NCBI GenBank assembly: GCA_030141605.1
Contig: JAQGDQ010000366.1
Location: 1-64,000, forward strand
Origin: Tubiluchus corallicola
Taxonomy: Eukaryota > Animalia > Priapulida
Direction: 5' to 3'
Length of the DNA: 64,000 nucleotides
The notes beneath the pieces were generated by a model that saw only the letters and a list, made by a program, of their open reading frames with translations, did not search any database and was not told the origin of the DNA. Within the stretch, counting starts at the first letter, position 1, and each line of letters opens with the position of its first letter. Position numbers and translations under genes: made by a program. Positions 1-13,446 of the stretch are shown one piece after another.

Positions 1-773
1 ATCTGAAAATAGCTGCTGCATTAGTAGAGTTTGCTGTTTTTGTCACCTTCTACACGGATCTCAAAAGGTTCATGGATCAATCCAGTGGGACACCTTCACG
101 CACCTGTTAAATCAGCGCTTCCATTTTTGGTTGTCCCAGCATGCAGTGTGCAAATAAGCCTTTTCATAGTTTCGTTGTGCGCACGCGCAGTAGCTGTAGG
201 TCAAAGGTTTAGTTTACCACAGCAATGCACCTTAGCTACGACCGTCACGTGGCGTGTAGGTAAAGCAAGGCCGTCTGCTGTATCAGTTCAGTAAATTCAA
301 TTGTTTTACGTAGAGTTTATTTAATTATGCATTAGTCTGCATTATGCACTAGAAAAAATGAACTAGGTAAGGTTCTAGCTAGATGTTAAAACTGTTACTA
401 TTACAATAGCATGGGCTGCGAGGAGTTGTCAAGTGTACACAAGTGCGTTGCCTAGTATACTTAACCGTTGACCTTTTCACGATCATCATCAATTACTGGA
501 ACTGTGAAAAGGTTTATTTTGCTAAAAACCTGGTCCTTACTTCTTTTGTTACAAGCTAATGCATTATTATGCCCTAATCGTACGGCAGATAAGATGAAAT
601 TGTCAATTTTTTAGGAAAGTACAGAAATTTCTAACATAGGTAGAGAATATAATAATATTTTGTTTTAAATGTGGAGGGTAATTAGATTTGACCTTCATGG
701 GCTGTCGCTGGTCGAATTCAAAATGGCCGCCATGAAATATCGCAATTATTGTGGTAATTTTGGCATAGAATAT

Positions 774-856
<83 letters not shown>

Positions 857-898
857 CGTGCGTGTGTTTGTGTGTGTTTGTGTGTGTGTGTTTGTGCA

Positions 899-934
<36 letters not shown>

Positions 935-1830
935 CGTGCGTACGTGCGTTTGTGTGTGTTTGTGTGTGTGTGTTTGTGCATGTGCGTGTGTGTACGAAAT
1001 TTACACGAATTTATATTTTTTGTGACCTTAATCAAATTGAAGATGAAATTCAGTTAGTCATGAAACGACCATCTTATCAGAATGATAGATTGGCACTTTT
1101 TAATGATATTGAAGATTTGCGTTTTCTGCCTTACTAAATGACAATGACAAATTTGGCTTTATAATGTGACATCAAGATATCGATCTATGCGAGATTATTG
1201 TAGCGTTTCTGGAAAGAGTATTTCAGACTGGGAATTACTTATTTTCTAAATAAAATCCAGGCACAATTGTGTAAGGTGTTATATCGTATTTCTTAATGAT
1301 TTTTCATACTGTGACTGTCGTTAGGTGAGAGACCTTTATAGAGGTTTTTTATAGACCTGTTAGTCAATCACTCAGTACCGTTATAAGATTTCAGATGTTT
1401 GTGTATGTATTGTTTCAATTTTGAGTGTTCCTGACAACATATTTGTGTACTCTGGACAACGCTTCGCAGCCCATGCTATTGGTAATAGTAATAGTTCTAA
1501 CGGCTAGTTTTGGCACAGTACATCGAATATCTTAGCTAGCTAGAACCTTACCTAGTTCATTTTTTCTTGTTCCCAGGCAAGATCCTGCTAGTAAACTACT
1601 CTATGCACAGACTAATGCATAATTAAATAAAGTCCACGTAAAACAATTGCATTTACTGAGCTGATGCAGCAGACGGCTTTGCTTTATCCACACGTCACTT
1701 AACGGTTGTAGTTAAGACGCATTGGTGTGGTAAACTAAACCTTTGACCTACAGCTACTGCGCACGCGCATAACAGAAACCATGAAAAGAGCATATTTGCA
1801 CACTGCATGCTATATAAGTATCGTTTAAAT
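1..1830 (+). repeat. Left arm of a ~1.8-kb inverted duplication (composite: MITE fragments plus (TG)n)
   Basis: 1-66 is the reverse complement of ~5893-5958 and ~985-1300 of ~4680-4980; the ORF peptide [23 protein letters not shown]-like tail is identical on opposite strands. Confidence 0.92.
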
Positions 1831-1974
1831 AATCCAAGACATTTGTTAGGAGCAATTTACAGCGTTATGAATATAAAATTACTCAGTTTGCAAACAAGCT
1901 ACTCAGCTTGAGTATAATGTAACGTCAGTTTAACATCAGCTGAGCAGCAGTTAATGCATTTTTCTTTCGAGTCA

Positions 1975-2703
1975 GTCAACTTTACTCAGTTTACTCAAGC
2001 ATCCATTTACTCACTTTATTTACTCACTATTTTACATTCAACTCTGTATTGGACCATCCTGAGTGAAGAAACTGGCCAATAGTGGTATATCAATCACTCA
2101 ACTTTACTCAGTTCACTCCAAGCATCCATTTACTCACTTTATTTACTCACTATTTTACATTCAACTCTGTATTGGACCATCCTGAGTGAAGAAACTGGCC
2201 AATAGTGGTATATCAATCACTCAACTTTACTCAGTTCACTCAAGCATCCATTTACTCACTTTATTTACTCACTATTTTACATTCAACTCTGTATTGGACC
2301 ATCCTGAGTGAAAGAAACTGGCCAATAGTGGTATATCAATCACTCAACTTTACTCAGTTCACTCAAGCATCCATTTACTCACTTTATTTACTCAGTATTT
2401 TACATTCAACTCTGTATTGGACCATCCTGAGTGAAAGAAACTGGCCAATAGTTATATATCAATCACTCAACTTTACTCAGTTCACTCAAGCATCCATTTA
2501 CTCACTTTATTTACTCAGTATTTTACATTCAACTCTGTATTGGACCATCCTGAGTGAAAGAAACTGGCCAATAGTGGTATATCAATCACTCAACTTTACT
2601 CAGTTCACTCAAGCATCCATTTACTCACTTTATTTACTCACTATTTTACATTCAACTCTGTATTGGACCATCCTGAGTGAAAGAAACTGGCCAATAGTGG
2701 TGC
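1975..2703. repeat. 123-bp minisatellite, ~6 copies
   Basis: Unit recurs at 2211, 2334, 2457 and 2580; 41-aa periodicity in ORF 2205-2708. Confidence 0.95.
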
Positions 2704-2730
2704 ATTAATCTTGAGTAATCAAATTCTTAC

Positions 2731-2897
2731 CAAAATATTTTCGCAAGTTTCAATTGGATAAAACAGTCTCACGAACACCCCGTTCCTAGTTCCATCACAC
2801 ATGATGTCAGCTGTTCCAACATGGTGCCAACCCGCTGGGTACGGGATGCGTTTGTTTCTCTTGAACGGACTTAACATCGTTTCATGAATCTCTAGAC
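2731..2897 (-). CDS. PAFAH2: Platelet-activating factor acetylhydrolase (PLA2G7/PAFAH2-like) coding exon; the gene continues beyond the left edge
   Basis: Acceptor tctcttttcccag and donor TTG|gtaaga. Encodes (G)LEIHETMLSPFKRNKRIPYPAGWHHVGTADIMCDGTRNGVFVRLFYPIETCENIL, matching the PAF-AH N-terminal pattern IP..G...VG..D.M......G.F.RL.YP. Internal ATG at 2877. Confidence 0.8.
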
Positions 2898-2964
2898 CTG
2901 GGAAAAGAGAGATGCTTATGAAATTGATTGTTAAAGGAAGATAGAATAGTTTTTCATATACGAC

Positions 2965-3420
2965 CCCATTTTCAAGTCTGATAAAAGGTATAGATTTTAA
3001 CACAATTAATACTGCAAAAGTGTTTCCGATAATTAAATAATGGATTAAAAACTTAATTAACGCTGTGCGAGGTAATTAAAATTAATTAGTTTAATTGGAC
3101 ACAAGTTCCATAATTCATGCGCATGCGTGAGCACAGCCGTAAATTTGAAATGTGAATTTTTATCTTAAAACTTGCCTAGTTTTAGTACAACACACTGAAT
3201 ATCTTACAGTAACACTGTACTTCAATTTTCTCTCTCACAAACACGTGCAACACGCTCGTGGAATATTTTTCCTGTTGAAAGTTATGTTAGTTTGTGATAT
3301 CATGAATACTTGGGGTCGCCCACCGTTAATTAAGTTTTTAATCTATTATTTAATTATAAGAAGCGTTTTTGCAGTTTTAATTGTGTTAAAACGTTTATTT
3401 TTATCGGACTTGAAAATGGG
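2965..3420. mobile_element. MITE with ~100-bp terminal inverted repeats; partial copies at ~3545-3735 and ~16960-17190
   Basis: cattttcaagtctgataaaa...aaaacttaattaac is inverted at 3325-3420; the interior matches the reverse complement of 16970-17190. Confidence 0.65.
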
Positions 3421-4144
3421 GCAATGTATCTTAAAATTGAGTATCTTAAAATTTTGTCATGATTTTCAATATTATTGTAGCAAATAAAGATGTTAACTGC
3501 CTACTTACTAGTCGGTATTTTTTGCTATTCATTTTTTTTTCATTTAAAGGATAACAGAACGATTTTTCACACACTGCCTCATTTTCAAGTCCGATAAAAA
3601 TAAACGTTTTAACACAATTAAAACTGCAAAAGCATTTCTGATAATTAAATAATAGATTAAAAACTTAATTAACATCTGACGAACCTAACTATCCATGACA
3701 TCACAAACTAACATAATTTTCAATAACTACACCACTGACGCATTAGGTACTGAACGAGCAAAAACACATTTTTCTTTCTAAATCCTAAAAAAATCCAGAA
3801 TTTTAAAGCTAACAAAACTAGATTCATGCTTTTAGCTGAGCAACGGCTTTGTTTGCGTTGCTAACTGTTAGAAGGACAACATAAATTCTCCTAGCATCGT
3901 CTTTGGTGGTTTGTTTACGCCTGTGTTTGTTTACTGAACCACCATTACATACATACAAACGTCAGCTAAGAAGTAAACAAGATAGATTTAATCAACAGTG
4001 AATAGAGACAAAATCCCTTTACAAAGGAAAATTTGTGGCTCGAGCGTACTGAAAAAATAACAATGAACTCACTGAAGTATTAAAAATAAAGTGATCACAA
4101 CAATGTTACCTAAACTAGCATTAATAACTCTTGATTTAAACTGT

Positions 4145-5139
4145 ATTCAAACTATACTTATATAGCATGCAGTGTGCAAATATGCCTTTTCATGGTTTCG
4201 TTGTGCGCACGCGCAGTAGCTGTAGGTCAAAGGTTTAGTTTACCACACCAATGCGTCTTAACTACAACCGTTAAGTGACGTGTGGATAAAGCAAAGCCGT
4301 CTGCTGCATCAGCTCAGTAAATGCAATTGTTTTACGTGGACTTTATTTAATTATGCATTAGTCTGTGCATAGAGTAGTTTACTAGCAGGATCTTGCCTGG
4401 GAACAAGAAAAAATGAACTAGGTAAGGTTCTAGCTAGCTAAGATATTCGATGTACTGTGCCAAAACTAGCCGTTAGAACTATTACTATTACCAATAGCAT
4501 GGGCTGCGAAGCGTTGTCCAGAGTACACAAATATGTTGTCAGGAACACTCAAAATTGAAACAATACATACACGAACAGCTGAAGTCTTATAACAGTACTA
4601 AGTGATTGACTAACAGGTCTATAAAAAGCCTATATAAACGTAACGACAATCACAGTATTAAAAATCATTAAGAAATATGATATAACACCTTACACAATTG
4701 TGCCTGGATTTTATTTAGAAAATAAGTAATTCCCAGTCTGAAATACTCTTTCCAGAAACGCTACAATAATCTCGCATAGATCGATATCTTGATGTCACAT
4801 TATAAAGCCAAATTTGTCATTGTCATTTAGTAAGGCAGAAAACGCAAATCTTCAATATCATTAAAAAGTGCCAATCTATCATTCTGATAAGATGGTCGTT
4901 TCATGACTAACTGAATTTCATCTTCAATTTGATTAAGGTCACAAAAAATATAAATTCGTGTAAATTTCGTACACACACGCACATGCACAAACACACACAC
5001 ACAAACACACACAAACGCACGTACGCACGCACGCACACACACACACACACACGCACACACGCACATGCACAAACACACACACACAAACACACACAAACGC
5101 ACGTACGCACGCACACACACACACACACACACACACTCA

Positions 5140-5178
<39 letters not shown>

Positions 5179-5960
5179 CACACGTATGTATATTCTATGC
5201 CAAAATTACCACAATAATTACGATTTTCCATGGCGGCCATTTTGAATTCGACCAGCGACAGCCCATGGAGGTCAAATCTGATTTCGCGCCACATTTAAAG
5301 CAAAATATTATCATATTCTCTACCTATGTTAGGAATTTCTGTACTTTCCTAAAAAATGGACAATTTCATCTTATCTGCTGTACGATTATGGTTTAATAAT
5401 GCACTAGCTTGTAACGAAAGAAGTTCCAGCAATTGATGATGATCGTGAAAAGGTCAAAGGTTAAGTGTACCAGACAACGCATTTGTGTACACTTGACAAC
5501 GCCTCGCAGCCCATGCTGTTGTAATAGTAACAGTTTTAACAACTAACTAGAACCTTACCTAGTTCATTTTTTCTTGTTCTCAAGCAAGATCTTGCTAGTA
5601 AATCACTTTATGTACAGACTATGCATAATTAAATAAACTCCACGTAAAACAATTGAATTTACTGAACTGATACAGCAGACGGCCTTGCTTTACCTACACG
5701 TCACGTGACGATCGTAGTTAAGGCGCATTGCTGTGGCAAACTAAACCTTAGACCTACAGCTACTGCGCGTGCGCACAACGAAACTATGAAAGCTTATTTG
5801 CACACTGCATGCTGGGACAACCAAAGATGGATGCACTGGTTTAAGAAGTGCGCGAAGGTGCGCCACATTGCCACTGGATTGGTCCGTGAACATTTTGAGA
5901 TCCGTGTAGAAGGTGATAAAAACAGAAAACTCTACTAATGCAGCAGCTCTTTTCAGATTT
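4145..5960 (-). repeat. Right arm of the ~1.8-kb inverted duplication
   Basis: Reverse complement of 1-1830 with scattered substitutions and indels; (CA)n at 4970-5182. Confidence 0.92.
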
Positions 5961-6589
5961 CGACTAAAAAACTGACCAAAGTTTTGATTTCCTTGTACCT
6001 ATTTTCAAACATTTTTCTTTGTCTATTAAAAATTTAAAAGTGCCTTAAATAGTGACTTCAGGCTTGTTGGCACGCCCCCTACAGTTTAAAATGCAATGGG
6101 CGTATTTTATCAGATTTACAACAGTTGCTAGGTTACGACATCTATAAACAATGACGTCATTTTCTTGTCTAACGTTTAGTACTTAAAATAATAATCTTAA
6201 ATTTAGCTTTGTCTGTTTAAAAAATGCAAACGTATAGTACTTAAAATAATGATTTTAAAGCAGATTGGTGCATCCCGTACAGTTTAAAAATGCAACGAAC
6301 ACATTTTGTCAGATTTACAATAGTTGCTAGGTTACGACATCTATAAACAATGACGTCATTTTCTTGTCACCTGCGCCCAGGCTTGGAGTTGCTTTGTTCA
6401 CTTTTGTTCTAGAACATCCGAATGCAAGTTCTTCCATTTTTCTATTTCTATTTCTTAATTTCAATGAAGAAATTCTTCTGCCGTATTAGGCAAATGTGTA
6501 TATGCAGGTTTTATAGCAAATGCAAAATCTTACCGTTCAAGCTCGTCTAACTAGGAAATGGAGAATATATAATATATATAATAATCTTT

Positions 6590-7030
6590 ATTTGCCATAA
6601 AAAATCGATATTCATAACTATAAAAGCATAAAAGAACATCGCAGCATGAGAATAAAATTCACACAACTGTTAAAGGCAAATGCGTCCAGTGCAAACTAAA
6701 AACTACTGTGCCAAAAATTTAAAACAAAATATACATTATAATGTTACACGCAAATTATACTAGACTATATACAATATGTACATATAATTTAAAATGGACG
6801 TGGGTAAATAAAATTTGCGGATGAATATATATTATCATTTACGTATGTAGGGTTTTCAAAACGATTTAATGTATGTGTTTTTAATTTTCATTTGAATTCG
6901 TCAAAAGACTTGATTTGTTTTAAATTTGATGGCGGGGTATTCCAAAGTTGAACTCCTTGTTTAGTGATAGAATTGTTGTCGTATTTGTTATTAGTGCGCA
7001 TTTGTTTAATATTGTGTGTTCTTGGATTTA
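6590..7030 (-). mobile_element. CR1/L2-type LINE 3' fragment
   Basis: Minus-strand translation NSITKQGVQLWNTPPSNLKQIKSFDEFK is a typical RT-ORF C-terminus, followed by a 3' UTR with AATAAA. Confidence 0.65.
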
Positions 7031-7769
7031 ATGTTGGCTCCAAGAGGAGTGGAAGCTTATTTTTGATGAAGGGCGTGCGATGAAGAAATGCATGTAACAG
7101 CGAAGAACTAGTGGCGCGAACGTGAAATTGTGTTTGTGTGGTAACAATTCTGTCACGTAAGTCATTTTTGAAAAAATTGTATGTTTCCTTTTAACATTTT
7201 AAAGAGCAGATTGTTTTGATCTACAGTTTAAGATTGGGTCCGGTTTTGCTTTAACCAAAATTAACGATAAACGTTCATTCTGTTGGGAAAAATATTTTAT
7301 CATGGCCAAAAACCTATATTATGTAACAGTTTTTGTCTAAATTTAATTGCATGGTGCAACTTACTAATAATTAAATTATTACAGAAACTGCGTCTCAATG
7401 CGCATGCGTGGGATTAGTGCATTTATGACTGCACGTACTTGCTGCGAACGTAACTATCATGGCATTGTGTTACTGTCAGTCAAAGCAAAGTTTAGTTGTC
7501 TTACCTTACAAATGATTGACCACCTTTGGCTTTTTTCACATCTAATAAGAAAAAAAACGCAATTTCGCCGATTCTCACTAATTAAGAGTTTAATTTTCCG
7601 AACGAATCGCAAATACGCCTTCGTGTAATTGCTAGATTCTCTGCACAATCTACCTCTCTACTCGGCGGACTTTGAACACGTCAGTGTTTACCGTGACAAC
7701 ATTGTAGCGTGGGTTTTAATGTTCTATCAATACTACGTATTTACGCTTTATGGCAGCCTATATTGTAGG

Positions 7770-8260
7770 TTAAAGGAAGGAACAAGTCACTCAGCATGTT
7801 GGCTTTATTTTACTGTTATCACTTAAACTGTTTGTGGTGTGCTCAAGGAAAAAACAAGTCACTCAGCATGTTGGGCTTATTTTACTGTTATCACTTAAAC
7901 TGTTTGTGGTGTGTTAAAGGAAAGAACAAGTCACTCAGTAAGTTGGGTATAATTTACTTTTATCACTTAAACTGTTTGTGGTGTGTTAAAGGAAAGAACA
8001 AGTCACTCAGCATGTTGGGTTTATTTTACTGTTACCACTTAAACTGTTTGTCGTGTGCTAAAGGAAAGAGCAAGTTACTTAGTATGCTGTGTTTATTTTA
8101 CTGTTATCACTTAAACTGTTTGTGGTGTGCTAAAATTAAAGAACAAGTCACTCAGTACCTTGGGTTAATTTTACTGTTGTCACTTAAACTGTTTGTGGTG
8201 TGTTAAAGGAAAGAACAAATCACTCAGTATGTTGGGTTTATTTTACTGTTATCACTTAAA
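7770..8260. repeat. 72-bp minisatellite, ~7 copies
   Basis: aaggaaagaacaagtcactcagcatgttgggtttattttactgttatcacttaaactgtttgtggtgtg unit; 24-aa period. Confidence 0.95.
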
Positions 8261-9792
8261 TTTGGAAAAAATTTAACAAAGAAATTTGAATGATAAAGAG
8301 TATTGAATGATACAATAAAAATGTAAAGAGTCAAAAGACACAGAAGAGGCATTGCATTACAAGTAAAAATTTGGAGGAAGTGACGTCTCAAAGTCAGCAA
8401 AACAATAAATCTTTTACTATAATTTAGAAAGAAGTTCCTGATTTCTATTTATAGTTCTATCTACAACAGTTTGTAACGTTCTGTTCAAATTTTAGTCAGG
8501 ACTAACTTCTTACAATTTCAAGTAGTACGATTGCTTATACTAAAGACGCGAAGCAGGAATCAAGTGTCTGTGGTACCGGATAATGTTAGAAGCAAAATTA
8601 GGAGTTAATTTTTATCAACGATTTTCCAGAGTAACCAACCAAGCTAAGTTTATGTAAAGCTTCATAGTAAACAAAGAAATTTAGCCAAAAATTATTCGAC
8701 AAATTCTTTGTTGATTATTTTCAATACTGGCAATTTGAACATGATTTAGAGACGAGTCACAAGTATCAGAAGCATACTGTAAAAGAGGACGAATATAAAT
8801 TGTAGACACGAAGCGAACAGGTGTAGAAGCAAGGCGAGAAAATATTAAGCTTCGGTTTTCCTATCTGTTTTAATTCAAATTCGAGCGTTCTGAACTCATT
8901 GTTTCTAATTTTAAACTTACAGAATCAAGGGAGCACAATTGGGCATTTTGTTTTTATCAGTGCCCGATAGATGTCGCCACAACGTTGTGTTTGAAGTTCA
9001 ACGTATCAGTGAGTTTCTTTTAGTTTGCACAGAAAACAGAAACTATCAAAATGTAATGTACGAATTACAAATCGAAAACGATAGAATGAGAAAGACTAGC
9101 ATTCGTTTACGTGTAATTTAGAATTCATATTTGTGTATTAATAGAAATCTTTATGTGCGACTTTTGCTCCCCGGGAGAAGGGGGTTCTGCTAAAATTATT
9201 TTTGTTGAAAGATGCACATTGTGATTTCTCAGTAAAAAAATTGGATGCTATTTTTTCCAGTCCAACTGCACTTTGGGGCGCCATTTTGAATTAGGTCAGG
9301 ATCAGAAAAATGCTCCACAGTTGAAAACCAGAGGAAATGAAAATGAAAATCTGCCATTAGGTGTTTTCGTAAACACAGACCCAATTGTCCTAACAACCCA
9401 TTTTGGGGTATTCCGTTGGGCCCGGAGTTATAGCACGCTTTAATATTTAGTGCAGAAGTCTAAAAATTGTGATTAAGTCTTCTACACGAAAGCATTTAAA
9501 GAACGAGCAATAATAAACTGCTTTTTGACTATGCTAACAGTGCTAAGTTTTTTATTTACACCAGGAGCTAAATTAGTGATTTCAGGGCAGACTGAAAATC
9601 TCACTTTCAGAGAAACAATACGTTGGCTATGGATTTTGAACCTGTGACTGTTTGAAACGTAATGAGCAACAATCTGAATTCTGAGACTGCAATGTCAGTG
9701 ACTTACAGGACTCAACATGGCAAAATGCTGCCATCTAGTGTGTGAAGTAGAAGTTTCTGAACCAGGCTGTGTCGTGACTGTAATCTTATAAT

Positions 9793-10065
<273 letters not shown>

Positions 10066-10137
10066 TCACCTGCTCCCTCTCTCCTTAATTTTTTTCTCCT
10101 CGCTCTTTCACTTTCTTTTTACTAAATTAAATTTTAC

Positions 10138-10153
10138 CTGGTCGCTCACTCAT
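10138..10153 (-). CDS. Candidate first coding exon (MSERP-G) of the PAF-AH gene
   Basis: Minus strand ATG AGT GAG CGA CCA G|gtaaaa. The phase-1 donor matches the phase-1 acceptor at 2897 and gives an open MSERPGLEIHETMLSP... Confidence 0.4.
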
Positions 10154-10199
10154 GCTTCATTTACTGCACTCACTTGGTCACAGAAGCTTGCCCTACAAT

Positions 10200-10658
10200 A
10201 TGTAGTTCAGAGACGCCACCTACGACATCCGAGATGTACAGTAACGAACGGCCAAAAGTCGTTGCAGAGCTATAAAACTATAAATGCATTATATGTTTAG
10301 TGTACTATGGCCGTGTCCTGAATTTTTCTGAAAGGTGATTAACGTTTCGAGTCTTTCGACCTACTGCAAGGTTTGTTTAACGGTTCATAAATTGCCCAAT
10401 ATACATACAATATAGAACTAAAAGTCGCTAAGTATGTAAAAAGCAAACAGAACCGCCTGACGTCAACGTGATTCGTAATTCAGTAATTCTTTAGCTGCTT
10501 GTCGGCCTGTGTGAGATTGAGATTGAGATTGTTTGTTAGTTTGCGTGTCGTACTGGGTGATCTACGAAATCACTGATTGATCTAAGATTTCCATAAACTT
10601 TTTTTTGATCTAGAAGGAACCGTGTGAGAATTTTTGATAGTAACGATAGTCGGTTCGG
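10200..10658. promoter_or_regulatory. Putative bidirectional promoter plus non-coding exon 1 of EPS8
   Basis: Perfect CRE palindrome TGACGTCA at 10458-10465, TATAAA-like motifs at 10271-10284, strong plus-strand donor CGG|gtaagt at 10659, and a minus-strand donor at 10137. Confidence 0.4.
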
Positions 10659-10888
10659 GTAAGTTTAATTTACGAAAGTTTTATTTTTTAATCAACAGCA
10701 GATTAAAAGGGAACTCACACGCTGTTTTTCGCCATCAAGCATAGAGTTTTAGGCATTGAGACGGTTAGTATGCCGAGTAAGGTTCCACGAAATTTTTGGA
10801 TATACCTAGGCTATACATTACAACTGCAAAGTACAAGTTACTTCTACGGTTGCATGCATGCATCTCTCTCTCTCTCTCACACACACAC

Positions 10889-10920
<32 letters not shown>

Positions 10921-12029
10921 TCTCACTCATTCACTCACATTATAATTATATTGAATAACTGGAAAAGTGAAATACGCGGTCTCACGAGTGTAGTCTTGTA
11001 ACGTAATGGCCCCAGAACCTCAGACAGTGTATGGTTAAAAAAGTTGGGATTGTTTAGCAGGCCAAGACAGGAGTAAAGATATCAAAATTAAGGCAAAATG
11101 TTTAGGAAACAATTTTTTATTGCAAACGCTAGTCACATGACAACAGTTGCTAATACAATAACTACTGTACATGCAATAAATACAACACAATAGCAGTTAG
11201 TACGTAATACAATACGAGAAACAGAAGAATTCTAGCAAAGCTATCAGTCACAAGAAACAAAAATCTCGATGTTTCATTGGTGCTTTACTAATTTTAAATT
11301 TAGTAACAACTATAAGTGTGATATGTATAAAAGGTACATTAAAATGAATCTGAATCTGAATGATCAGTAACTGTGCATTATGACATTATGAAGTCCAGAA
11401 GCGGGGGCGGATACTGACTTTAGAAAAAGGGTGGGTCCAACCAAAGGCAGAGCCCCGCCGACACTTTCCTGCATTTTAGAACATTTTTCTTACTATTTCC
11501 TCAAGCAAATTCAATAGTTTAAAACTCATTATGTCACCTCAAACTTTTGACTCTTAATTACACACCAATATACTAGTATACACCCTAGTATAGCATATAA
11601 TTGCGCACAGCGACATCTTTGCCAAAAACTTCAATTATCTCTTAAAGGGCACAAACGTTTTTACACTGAAATCATTAATTCAGAACTTTTTTACTCGATA
11701 TAAATCATTAAAAGCTACCACTATAGAAGAGAAAATGTTCACTTGGTGTGCTGTAACTGCTACTATGAAAGGGGGGCCTTGGGCCCACCCCCTGAATCTG
11801 CCACTGAGAAGGCGAAACCTGTAATGAATGAATGAAATGAATGATAACATTTGCTTCAAGCAGAGTTCATCTATATACGTATATGCAGCTTCGAAGCTGA
11901 CGTGTTTACAGCTCCCCCTATACTAATGTACAGGCTGAGAAAATCCGACAGTAGGTTACAAAACTTACAAAAAAAGAGTAATTTGTGATAGCAAGTAAGG
12001 TTGGATCAGTCTCTCTTTTATTTCATATA

Positions 12030-12476
12030 CACTCATATCTCGGTTTGCCGGACCTCGCTTGGCATCGGGAAAACCGGACAAAATCTGGACCGTTAAAAAG
12101 TCCCACATACTACGGACACAATCCGTTCTTTCTTGAGCTGACCGCTAGTTGGCGGGCCGCCACTTTGTTTACATCATTACATCAGTATACGTAACCAAGC
12201 AGCGTCTAACGACACGTGTGTAAATCGTACTAGCGGCCCGTACTAGACATTTTTGAGACAATTGGACGATTGATTCTACATTACCGTGAGTCTAATATGT
12301 CAGGAGTGGCCCGTACTAGACGTTTTTGAGACAATTAGGTGATTGATTCCACATTAAAGTGAGTCTAATACATGGTGCCTACTCTACGCATTAGCTTAGC
12401 GTTGGGAAATAAGGACAATTGGTAAATTCGGACCAACGTCTCCCTGCTTTTGTCCGGCAAACCGAGAAATGAGTGC
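12030..12476 (+). mobile_element. Tc1/mariner (pogo)-like MITE with 2 copies of an internal 73-bp unit
   Basis: TIRs cactcatatctcggtttgccggac and gtccggcaaaccgagaaatgagtg; TA on the left flank. Confidence 0.8.
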
Positions 12477-13446
12477 ACACTATAGGACTGTCTGATTTTA
12501 CAATGTCTCTAATGCACTGCAGTGCCTTGTATTTAGTGTAGGCTTTCAGTTGTTATAGTATAAGATAGTAACATAGTAGAATAATATGTGAAACTCAAAT
12601 TGACCCTACAGTTTTTTATAAATTTTCTTTTAGTTAGAGTTCTGTTTATCACTGAACTTCCATACTGACATGTTTGTCACCTTGTATAGTTAAGTGTCCA
12701 TCGGCAGAGTTAAGTGTAAATGGCAGAATGGGTCATCGACGTATAATGATGTAATAATTTGGGACAGGTAGGTGGCAGGAGACGTGATCACGCCATTATA
12801 AGTTCGGTAGGTGATTTAGTCGTGATATCGTCATCTGATTTCACGCCCTTTTTTACTTGGTGGCCGCGAGGTGGAGGAATATGCAGAACGGTTCGACGAG
12901 AACACGTTCGATGACGTCAGATATTTATTACACTGACGAAACAACAAGCATGACGACAACCAGAGTGGCAGTGATGACAATGGCGACAACACAGCTGCAA
13001 TGAACATTATAATCTTTTCATGTTTTTCGCTGAAACGTCAAGGCAGCCATAAAGTCAAAACTGTCCTGGCAAGGAGGGGGAAGAGGTCTTAACCTTTTAA
13101 TCGTAGTAATTTTTGCTGCCTATGTCTGGCCAGCATTTTGAATACTCTCACTTATACATACAACATTAATTTATTGGCATTTTAGCTTATCTAGGTTAGC
13201 TGTATGTAACATTTGGGAGGAGCTGATGTTTGATACTGTAGAACCTTCTCTTCTCAAGCACGTGCTGCTGAACTTTTAACTTTTGCTATCATCGTACATG
13301 CGTATGTAAACAAGAGAGCTGTTAGCTGAGAGGTGCCAATACAGTTGGTAATTGTAGGTATAAAGATAATAGTAATGGTTTAATACAGGAGGAAGTTAAA
13401 GGAATTAATCATCAAGTCTGGTAAGAAGTTCTTCCTCGGTGGAGAT

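Noticed and set aside
603-1137. Cys/Val and His/Thr ORFs (also 4827-5396)
   Set aside because: Read-through of (TG)n/(CA)n microsatellites.
7796-8206. Cys-rich repeat ORFs (also 35965-36279 and 2205-2708)
   Set aside because: Translations of the 72-bp and 123-bp satellites, interrupted by stops in neighbouring units.
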